From assembly GCA_013378385.1 (NCBI GenBank), contig JACAFS010000028.1, forward strand, positions 1-13,385: DNA of 13,385 nucleotides, read 5' to 3'. A model generated the notes under the pieces. That model worked only from the letters and a program-made list of their open reading frames with translations, was not told the DNA's origin and made no database searches. Of the stretch, positions 1-6,195 are shown one piece after another (position 1 is the stretch's first letter; each line of letters starts with the position of its first letter). The stretch comes from Nitrososphaerota archaeon (GTDB taxonomy: Archaea; Thermoproteota; Nitrososphaeria; Nitrososphaerales; UBA57). The position numbers were made by a program, and so were the translations under genes.

Positions 1-450
1 AAGGTGGCCGGTTCTGGATTTATTAATTCTAAAACAGAATTGGATTATTTAATTAAACAGGGCATCTCTGCAATTCTTACACTGACAACTAGTTCTTTGA
101 GCGATGAAGTCATTTCCGATGATTCTGTTACATACAAACATATACCTATTGTAGATCATTCATTGCCTTCTATCAATAATCTTGTAGACTCTGTTACATT
201 CATAAATGAATGCATGTCAAATAACAAACCTGTTGTAGTTCATTGCAGAGCTGGTATTGGTAGAACCGGAACTGTTCTTGGAGCACTACTTATTACCTCG
301 GGAATGTCTGTTGAAAGTTCTGTCAAGGAAGTACGAAAAAAACGTCCTGGTATTGCCGGGTTTAGAAAATCCATAGAATCTCAGCAAATTACATCATTAA
401 CTGAATATTTTGATTATATGAATCGCCAAGGTAATGAAGATGAAAATTAA
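1..450 (+). CDS. Atypical dual-specificity / protein-tyrosine phosphatase (HCX5R family), probably truncated at its 5' end by the window edge
   Basis: The catalytic P-loop VHCRAGIGRTGT matches HCxxGxxR(S/T). VRKKRPGI follows it, as in small archaeal PTPs. The general-acid region is IPIVDHSLP. The frame is open back to base 1 (aag before the GTG at 4). The N-terminal AGSGF aligns, from memory, about 8-10 residues inside Sulfolobus-type PTPs, so the true start is likely upstream of the window. Confidence 0.8.
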   Translation, partial: KVAGSGFINSKTELDYLIKQGISAILTLTTSSLSDEVISDDSVTYKHIPIVDHSLPSINNLVDSVTFINECMSNNKPVVVHCRAGIGRTGTVLGALLITSGMSVESSVKEVRKKRPGIAGFRKSIESQQITSLTEYFDYMNRQGNEDEN

Positions 451-934
451 ATTTTTATCAAAGCGTGAAATAAATTCTCTAGTCGAGAAATTAATTGCTA
501 TTTCTCTAATTTCCGATACTCCGAAAATTAAACAAATCAAATCTTTTGAATTAAACGATGAAATTGAGATTCTCTCGTCAAGTAATTTTATTCTTGTTAG
601 GAATCAAGATGAATTATTTCCATTCCTGCAAGATTCTGATACAATATCCTCACTTCCTAAAATTGTTGTAGATAAAGGAGCAATTCCATTTGTTTGCAAA
701 GGCGCAAATATTATGAGGCCTGGAATAAAAGAACTTCCTGATAATTTCTCAAAAGGCGACCTTGTAGTTATTTCCGAGGAAGTTCATAACCAAAATCTCG
801 CTATAGGTAAAACTCTAAATTCTTCTGAAGAATTACTTGTTCTTGATAAGGGGATGGTCATTCAAAATCTTCATTTTGTAGGCGACTATGTCTGGAATTC
901 CTGTAAGGAACTTAATCTTTCTCTTAATGACTAA
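434..934 (+). CDS. PUA-domain RNA-binding protein (archaeal MCT-1/Tma20-like, COG2016-type)
   Basis: 166 aa. The C-terminal half has the PUA signature VDKGAIPFVCKGANIMRPGI, then VVISEE and LAIGK. Size and pre-PUA plus PUA layout are typical of archaeal family members. The ATG at 434 overlaps the phosphatase gene by 17 nt. Confidence 0.7.
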   Translation: MKMKIKFLSKREINSLVEKLIAISLISDTPKIKQIKSFELNDEIEILSSSNFILVRNQDELFPFLQDSDTISSLPKIVVDKGAIPFVCKGANIMRPGIKELPDNFSKGDLVVISEEVHNQNLAIGKTLNSSEELLVLDKGMVIQNLHFVGDYVWNSCKELNLSLND

Positions 935-937
935 CTA

Positions 938-945
938 TTTTTTTT
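938..945 (+). terminator. Oligo-T tract (T8) 3 nt after the PUA gene stop; candidate archaeal intrinsic terminator
   Basis: The TAA stop at 932..934 is followed by cta and then tttttttt. Archaeal RNA polymerase terminates at oligo-T runs. The flanking A/T-rich tttaaattaataa (about 943..955) could also serve as the TATA element for the next gene. Confidence 0.4.
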
Positions 946-978
946 AAATTAATAAGTGATGGGTCCATATTATTTTCA

Positions 979-1275
979 TTGTCTTCATTAAAAATCGACA
1001 AAAAATCAATCGGCAAAGATCAACAAATGTATCTTAAAGCAATACCATTGAAAAATCTCGATCAAATAGCAACAATTAAAGATGAAGTCTCTCAAAACAT
1101 GATTGTAATATTGAGAATTACTCCTATAGCACAAAAAAATGTCCAAGAACTTAAAAAAGCCATTGAAGAACTATATGGATATGTGTCTTCCATTGGCGGA
1201 GATATTGTAAGACTTGGAGATGAAAGAGTTGTACTTACTCCTCCTGGTGTAAAAATCTGGAGAGGCCTATCTTAA
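979..1275 (+). CDS. sepF: DUF552 / SepF-like small protein
   Basis: YLKAIPLKNLDQIATIKDEV..MIVILRITPIAQKNVQELKKAIEELYGYVSSIGGDIVRLGDERVVLTPPGVKIW matches the archaeal DUF552/SepF core pattern as I remember it. That pattern is a conserved strand, the partner loop, then GGDI.RLG..R.VLTP..V.I. The start is ambiguous: TTG at 979 (98 aa) or the first ATG at 1027 (82 aa). Confidence 0.55.
   Translation: MSSLKIDKKSIGKDQQMYLKAIPLKNLDQIATIKDEVSQNMIVILRITPIAQKNVQELKKAIEELYGYVSSIGGDIVRLGDERVVLTPPGVKIWRGLS
1251..1255 (-). terminator. T5 run on the minus strand 17-21 nt downstream of the aCPSF1 stop, embedded in the opposing SepF-like codons
   Basis: Plus-strand aaaaa at 1251..1255 reads ccagatttttac on the minus strand. 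It is the only oligo-T run available to the psmB-aCPSF1 transcript, because the convergent genes overlap. Weak evidence. Confidence 0.25.
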
Positions 1276-3185
1276 ACTAGCTTGATTGCTTCTTGAACTT
1301 CGGGTCTATGCGTTCTTATTCTGTAAATTCTTGATATTGAATTCGCTAAATTCTCAACCTTTGTATGCTCTCCATGATTGATTATTACATTTCTTAATTT
1401 AGGCCTGAGTTTTCCAACAAATCTAATTAGTTGATTATAATCTGAATGTCCACTAAAACCATCGATCTTTTCTTTTGGACATTTTATATCTACAATCTTA
1501 ATCTTTCCATCTTGATCAACTATACTTGCTTGATTCGCTCCATCCATTATTCTTCTTCCTAATGTTCCTGCGATCTGATACGATACAAAAATTAATTTAT
1601 TCTTCTCAATTGGGGCTAATTCTTCAAAGTATCTCATTACTGGCCCTCCTTCTAACATTCCCGAAGTTGCCATAATTATTGACGGTTCATCTCTTAGCAC
1701 CTCCGCTCTTTTACTATGATGATCTATTACTGTGAAATATTCACTTTGGAATGGATTACCTTGACCTCTTGCAATACTATTCTTTAAATCACGACTTAAA
1801 AATTCTGTTGACGCTACATGTATTGCAGTTGCTTCTGAAATCATTCCCTCAAGATAAATAGGACATTCGATTAATTTCTTTTCACGCATCTGCTGATCTA
1901 ATACTAACATTATTTCCTGTGCCCTTCCAACTGCAGGACTTGGAATCAATACTTTGCCTCCCTTTTCTAATGTTGAATTTATTGAATTTACTAAATTTGA
2001 CTCCATTTGGTCTCTTGTAGGCATCATATCTGCTTTTCCACCATACGTACTTTCCATGATTAGAGTTTCTACCCTTGGATAGTTCCAAATAGTCTCATCA
2101 AAAAGTTTTGTTTTTGCGAATTTAAAATCTCCTGTGTAGAGAATATTGTGCAGACCTTCTCCAATGTGCAGATGTGAAGTTGCAGAGCCTAATATGTGCC
2201 CTGCATTGTTAAGAACTAATTTGATATCGGGAGATATGTCTGTAACCAATCCATATGGCAATGTAATTGTATGTTGAATCATTTTTCTTACATCTCTTCC
2301 TTCATACAATACTTGTGAACCCTCATGAGAATTGATCTTTACATAATCATTGTGTAGTAATGCCATCAATGATAATGTTGGATCTGTACAGTATACTGGC
2401 CCTCTGTATCCATATTTGAATAATACTGGTAGATATCCTGAATGATCTAAGTGCGCATGTGATATTACTACTGCGTCTAAGTCATCCATGTCGAAATCAG
2501 CCCAATCTAATCTTGGGTATGAATCCCATGTATTTCTAGCATTGGGCAGTATTCCACAGTCTAAAAGAATCTTACTTTCTGGAGTTGTAAGCAACATACA
2601 AGATCTTCCCACTTGGTTGAATCCTCCCAAACTCTTCAGAGTAACATTCGACGCTTGAGATAATTTTGGCCTGAATATTTCTTCTCCTACTTGTCTGTAG
2701 AACTCACTTCTAGCTTCTGATTCAGCTTGTTTAACATAATATATCGTCTTTATACTTGTTGATGGCAAATCCGACCCTTTTTTCACTATGACTTTCCAAC
2801 CAATATCTGCAGATAGTTTATGTAAATTAACTTCTGGATTATTTGTTAATTTTTGTGGCTCTAAAGCTTCTATAATTACTTCGCCAAGCGCATCGTCATA
2901 ATATATATTTCCTAATCCTACATCTTCTGCTATTGAATTTTTTAATATTTCTGTTGCATCATTTTCTTTTTTTCTAATTGATTTATCCGTTCTAATTACT
3001 AATCTTCTTTTTACAGTGTTTACAATGTCTGAAATTATGTAATTATTACTAGCTAAAAATTCGTAATTTTTTGTATAGATTGATATTCTTGGCCCTTCAT
3101 ATTCTATACGTGTGATTTCTGCTTCTGCAGGTAATGATTTTAATATTGTCGTCATTAATTCCTGTGATTTACTCATCACTGCCAT
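1272..3185 (-). CDS. fttA: aCPSF1 / FttA: archaeal CPSF73-like beta-CASP ribonuclease with N-terminal KH domains
   Basis: There is a metallo-beta-lactamase motif, VVISHAHLDHSGYLP. An N-terminal KH-like region of about 180 aa and a C-terminal beta-CASP region (GFSGHSDYNQL, INHGE) are present, and the length fits. The track ORF extends to 3233, but the ATG at 3185..3183 (MAVMSKSQ...) sits 1 nt after the psmB TAA stop (3189..3187). This removes a 47-nt overlap, so I prefer 3185. Confidence 0.9.
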   Translation of the reverse strand: MAVMSKSQELMTTILKSLPAEAEITRIEYEGPRISIYTKNYEFLASNNYIISDIVNTVKRRLVIRTDKSIRKKENDATEILKNSIAEDVGLGNIYYDDALGEVIIEALEPQKLTNNPEVNLHKLSADIGWKVIVKKGSDLPSTSIKTIYYVKQAESEARSEFYRQVGEEIFRPKLSQASNVTLKSLGGFNQVGRSCMLLTTPESKILLDCGILPNARNTWDSYPRLDWADFDMDDLDAVVISHAHLDHSGYLPVLFKYGYRGPVYCTDPTLSLMALLHNDYVKINSHEGSQVLYEGRDVRKMIQHTITLPYGLVTDISPDIKLVLNNAGHILGSATSHLHIGEGLHNILYTGDFKFAKTKLFDETIWNYPRVETLIMESTYGGKADMMPTRDQMESNLVNSINSTLEKGGKVLIPSPAVGRAQEIMLVLDQQMREKKLIECPIYLEGMISEATAIHVASTEFLSRDLKNSIARGQGNPFQSEYFTVIDHHSKRAEVLRDEPSIIMATSGMLEGGPVMRYFEELAPIEKNKLIFVSYQIAGTLGRRIMDGANQASIVDQDGKIKIVDIKCPKEKIDGFSGHSDYNQLIRFVGKLRPKLRNVIINHGEHTKVENLANSISRIYRIRTHRPEVQEAIKLV

Positions 3186-3186
3186 T

Positions 3187-3858
3187 TTATTTTCTACCAG
3201 AAAGATCTTTGAGTATTTCTTGTTTCTCTTCAAGTGAATATTCTTTTAGAATGTCTTTTTTTATTGTAACGATATTTAGGCCATCTCCTGTTCCTGAATT
3301 TCTTAAAATAGCCCCATAAACCGCTCTTATAGCAATCGGTAAAGCTTCATCTACACTTAATGCTTGTTTAAATTCACTCTCAAGTATTCCATATGCAACG
3401 GGAGATCCACTTCCAGTTGAATAATATTCTTCTTTTGTTAGTGTTCCAAACATGTCTATGTTGTATAATTGAGGCCCATCCATATCTACTCCGCCTACTA
3501 AGATGTCTGCATAATATGGCGATACTTGATGATTTGCTGAGAAAAATAAATTTGATGTTAATCTTGCTGCCGATGATATTGGTAATTTCTGAAATTTTTC
3601 CAATTTAAAAATATTAGACTGATACTTTAATTGATCAACTACATATTGAGCATCCGCAACACCGCCCGCAATTGTTAATGCACAATGATCATCAATTACT
3701 GCAATCTTGTTTACTGTTCTACTTGCAATATAATATCCCATTGAAGCACGCGTATCGGTCGTCAATACAATTCCATCACTGCATACTAGACCTACGGTGG
3801 TTGTGCCATGAACTTGATTCTTTATTTCGTTTTCTTTATACAATAGAATAATCTCCAA
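3187..3858 (-). CDS. psmB: 20S proteasome beta subunit with short propeptide
   Basis: The propeptide ends ...NQVHG and is followed by the catalytic N-terminal TTTVGLVCSDGIVLTTDTRAS. Length (223 aa) and the remaining sequence are typical of archaeal PsmB. The first canonical start in the ORF is TTG at 3858..3856; there is no in-frame ATG before the Thr1 site. Confidence 0.92.
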   Translation of the reverse strand: MEIILLYKENEIKNQVHGTTTVGLVCSDGIVLTTDTRASMGYYIASRTVNKIAVIDDHCALTIAGGVADAQYVVDQLKYQSNIFKLEKFQKLPISSAARLTSNLFFSANHQVSPYYADILVGGVDMDGPQLYNIDMFGTLTKEEYYSTGSGSPVAYGILESEFKQALSVDEALPIAIRAVYGAILRNSGTGDGLNIVTIKKDILKEYSLEEKQEILKDLSGRK

Positions 3859-4023
3859 AAAAATTGGATACTTTATGTTAATAAATCAGAGTAAATAAAT
3901 CTTCTTAATTGTTTATATTCCGTCTAATTCACCTTTTTTTTATTTTTATTATTCCGGTCACTAGAATCTATTTGCTGGGTCTGACTTAATACCTAGTTTG
4001 GATTATCTATTCAAAGGGGAGAA
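3859..4023. promoter_or_regulatory. Divergent intergenic region (psmB operon leftward, MoxR cluster rightward) with several A/T-rich TATA-like elements
   Basis: On the minus strand, TTTATTAA (plus 3878..3885) lies about 23 nt upstream of the psmB TTG. On the plus strand, the run tttttttttatttttattatt (3934..3953) is followed directly by TTCCGGT (3952..3958). A GGGGAG Shine-Dalgarno-like element lies at 4016..4021. No exact TSS can be assigned from sequence. Confidence 0.3.
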
Positions 4024-4803
4024 GTGTTGAGTGCGTCTGTAAATTCTATTTTACTTCAGGTTGTTCTTATATCTGTAGCTATTTTGACAAGTTCTTTTGT
4101 TGTATTGAATTATCCTGAACCAAAACCTCCAGATCCAGAGTTATTGCCTATGCATGCTATCACTATTGAAACCTGGACTCATGATAAAAATATTGGAGAG
4201 AGATATGTGACTACTCCTACTTCTGGAATTAATGTTGTGTTCTATTTCTGGAATGATATCGGTGCAACTGATTCAATTGCAGTAACTGGATCTACTAATG
4301 GAACTGGCCAAGTTACCGTTCTTGTTGAAGAAGGAACTTATGATTTAAAAATTGGAGAATGGACTACTGAAACCTTAGACATTTTTGAGAATATTACAAT
4401 TAGATCCGACCACTATGACCTGGAAATACGCCCTAATTCAATTGAAATAGAAGCATTATCTGCAAGTTGGCAAGTTACATCTGATGATATAATTTTTGTA
4501 TCTTATACTAGTACTTTTGATTTTGAAGTTAATTTAGATTCAATAAAGATGTCCGGCCTTGAATTGAATAATGTTGCCTGTGAACTTACTGACGATGCAG
4601 AAGCTGCAGTTCCTGTTGGCGGACCTGACGATCTATATGCATCGGGTAATAATTGTGAATTAGATGCATTATTGTTTCCATATTCTGACTGGTCTGACAG
4701 TTTTCGAATTCCTGCAGGAATAACTATTCCTTGGTCAGTAGCTAAACTCAATCCAGAGGTTGTTCTAAATGTTTCTTATACGGAGACTGGTGTCGATGAG
4801 TGA
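4024..4803 (+). CDS. Hypothetical surface protein: N-terminal TM anchor, Pro-rich linker, beta-rich ectodomain (carboxypeptidase-regulatory/Ig-like feel)
   Basis: The hydrophobic segment ILLQVVLISVAILTSSFVVL is followed by PEPKPPDPELLP. The rest is acidic and rich in Thr, Ser and Val, with strand-like periodicity (VTGSTNGTGQVTVLVEEGTYDLKIG). The start is GTG 4024 or TTG 4027, after GGGGAG. This is the first gene of the co-directional cluster. I recognise no family. Confidence 0.6.
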   Translation: MLSASVNSILLQVVLISVAILTSSFVVLNYPEPKPPDPELLPMHAITIETWTHDKNIGERYVTTPTSGINVVFYFWNDIGATDSIAVTGSTNGTGQVTVLVEEGTYDLKIGEWTTETLDIFENITIRSDHYDLEIRPNSIEIEALSASWQVTSDDIIFVSYTSTFDFEVNLDSIKMSGLELNNVACELTDDAEAAVPVGGPDDLYASGNNCELDALLFPYSDWSDSFRIPAGITIPWSVAKLNPEVVLNVSYTETGVDE

Positions 4804-5224
4804 TCCTTTTACTGAACTGATTATCTTACTAAGACCATATAACACTGTATTGGCTGCAGGTCTGTCTATTCTTTTGCTTTCTGAATTCCTTCTATTCCGT
4901 AATAATATTGTCAGAGAAAAAATTGTTAAACAAAAGATTCAATTTACTAAAAAATACGATGAAAAGTTTCTTAAATTATATAAAACACTGAAAGTATCTG
5001 CTTTTACATCTGGTCTGGATCAAAGAGATTCTTATACTATAAGAGAACTAACCGAATTTCTCATTGGTAAAAATCCTGCAGATGCCGACATTCTTCATTC
5101 TATTCTTTCTTCAATGGAGAAATACGCTTACGGTAATCAGGAAATAGATAAATCTGGCTATAATCTTATTTCTAAATGGATGTCTAATCAAAAAACTTCT
5201 AGTTTAGCGAGGGCGAGAATATGA
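4796..5224 (+). CDS. Small single-pass membrane protein with DUF4129-like cytoplasmic helical domain
   Basis: I prefer the ATG at 4796 (MSDPF...), which overlaps the upstream stop in ATGAGTGA. The track start at 4769 would lie deep in the previous gene. The TM segment is TVLAAGLSILLLSEFLLF. The tail FLKLYKTLKV..GLDQRDSYTIRELTEFL....ADILHSILSSMEKYAYGNQEI follows the DUF4129 pattern as I remember it: a short helix, then T-x-R-E, then a terminal E..(R/K)Y(A)YG. Confidence 0.5.
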   Translation: MSDPFTELIILLRPYNTVLAAGLSILLLSEFLLFRNNIVREKIVKQKIQFTKKYDEKFLKLYKTLKVSAFTSGLDQRDSYTIRELTEFLIGKNPADADILHSILSSMEKYAYGNQEIDKSGYNLISKWMSNQKTSSLARARI

Positions 5225-6192
5225 TAACTGAAATTAAAGATATATCTGATATTCAAAAAGCAGCAAATGCACTTGAAGCTGAAATTTCACAATATGTTGT
5301 TGGATGGCCTAATGTTATCAAGTTTCTAGCTATTGGCGTATTTACTGGTGGCCATATACTTATCGAAGGAGTTCCTGGAACTGCAAAAACATATCTTGCT
5401 AAAATCTTCTCTGATACTATAAATCTATCTTTTCGTAGAATTCAATCTACTCCTGATTTGATGCCATCTGATATTACCGGTTCACATATTTTTAATGTAA
5501 AGACTCTTGAATTCGATTTTCACGCAGGACCTATTTTCTCTAACATCGTTCTTATGGATGAAATTAATCGTGCTCCGCCAAAGACCCAATCTGCATTGCT
5601 TGAAGTTATGCAAGAAGGACAAGTAACAATTGACGGTAACACCACTCAACTTGAACAACCATTTATGATAATAGCTACCAAGAATCCAATTGAATTTGCA
5701 GGTACATTTCCTTTACCTCCTGCACAGTTAGATCGATTCATGGCACGTTTAATCATGAACTATCCTTCTAAGGATGCATGGATTGACATACTTGAAAAGA
5801 AAAATCAACGCGGCGAATCTGTAGAAGTCGAACAGGTTCTTGACGCATCCTCTGTAATTTCTGCACGAAAGTTAATTCAAGATCAAGTTAGTTTAGATGA
5901 CAACGTTTTAAGTTTTATTTCAAATTTGTGTAACACAACTAGAGATAATTCTCGTATCATACTTGGAGCAAGCCCTACTGCTTCGGTTTCTCTCCTCAAT
6001 GCATCAAGAGGTTATGCAGCAATAATTCGAGGAAGTGACAAGGTTACTACCGAAGATGTAAAGGCCGTTGCATTCGATGTTCTTAACCATCGTTTAGTAA
6101 TTCGTGATCTTGAAGAAGGTCAGGATACTAAAGATTATGGAATAACTAAAATTAATGATCTACTACAATCCAGTATGGAGTCTATACAGTGA
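5221..6192 (+). CDS. moxR: MoxR-family AAA+ ATPase, paralog 1
   Basis: Walker A is GVPGTAKT, Walker B is VLMDEINRA, and the sensor-1 region is IIATKNP. AQLDRF carries the Arg finger. RIQSTPDLMPSDITG is the MoxR-specific motif. The lid motif is GASPTAS (Thr where the family has Arg). The ATG overlaps the upstream stop (ATGA). Confidence 0.9.
   Translation: MITEIKDISDIQKAANALEAEISQYVVGWPNVIKFLAIGVFTGGHILIEGVPGTAKTYLAKIFSDTINLSFRRIQSTPDLMPSDITGSHIFNVKTLEFDFHAGPIFSNIVLMDEINRAPPKTQSALLEVMQEGQVTIDGNTTQLEQPFMIIATKNPIEFAGTFPLPPAQLDRFMARLIMNYPSKDAWIDILEKKNQRGESVEVEQVLDASSVISARKLIQDQVSLDDNVLSFISNLCNTTRDNSRIILGASPTASVSLLNASRGYAAIIRGSDKVTTEDVKAVAFDVLNHRLVIRDLEEGQDTKDYGITKINDLLQSSMESIQ
5965..6096 (+). 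repeat. Near-identical nucleotide tract shared with paralog 2 (copy A)
   Basis: 132 nt with 6 mismatches against 6937..7068. The core 5992..6096 against 6964..7068 is 103/105 identical. This was hand-aligned codon by codon. Confidence 0.85.
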
Positions 6193-6195
6193 TTT

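Noticed and set aside
1882-2088. 68-aa minus-strand ORF inside the aCPSF1 gene (different frame)
   Set aside because: It lies entirely within a 638-653 aa ORF that has clear beta-CASP/MBL homology. Its composition is Lys/Arg/Ser-rich and low in complexity, as expected for an off-frame read of an AT-rich gene.
3186-3233. N-terminal extension MKRNKKYSKIFLVENK of aCPSF1
   Set aside because: It would overlap psmB by 47 nt. The ATG at 3185 directly follows the psmB stop (TAA A ATG) and gives a typical N-terminus. I cannot fully exclude the longer form.
3134-3319. 61-aa plus-strand ORF spanning the psmB/aCPSF1 junction
   Set aside because: It is antisense to two well-supported genes, has no start context, and its Ser/Phe/Leu-rich sequence is typical of shadow ORFs.
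3393-3608. 71-aa plus-strand ORF antisense to psmB
   Set aside because: Shadow ORF within a confidently identified proteasome gene.
3934-3953. Long T-rich run considered as a terminator
   Set aside because: No co-directional upstream gene could use it, since both flanking genes diverge from this region. It is more likely part of the A/T-rich promoter or TATA region of the MoxR cluster.
3859-4023. 165-nt intergenic region examined for tRNA, C/D-box sRNA or other ncRNA
   Set aside because: It is too AT-rich and lacks stems for a tRNA. There is no RUGAUGA/CUGA box pairing. Promoter elements explain the region better.
4503-4751. 82-aa minus-strand ORF antisense to the first cluster gene
   Set aside because: It is fully embedded in the longer co-directional cluster ORF and has no independent signals. 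The plus-strand ORF has a TM anchor and translational coupling to the next gene.
4769-4795. Track start (ATG 4769) for the DUF4129-like protein, and likewise TTG 10184 for the large surface protein
   Set aside because: Both add residues encoded deep inside the preceding gene. The downstream starts (4796 and 10214) have the stop-start coupling geometry and Shine-Dalgarno-like elements seen at the other junctions.
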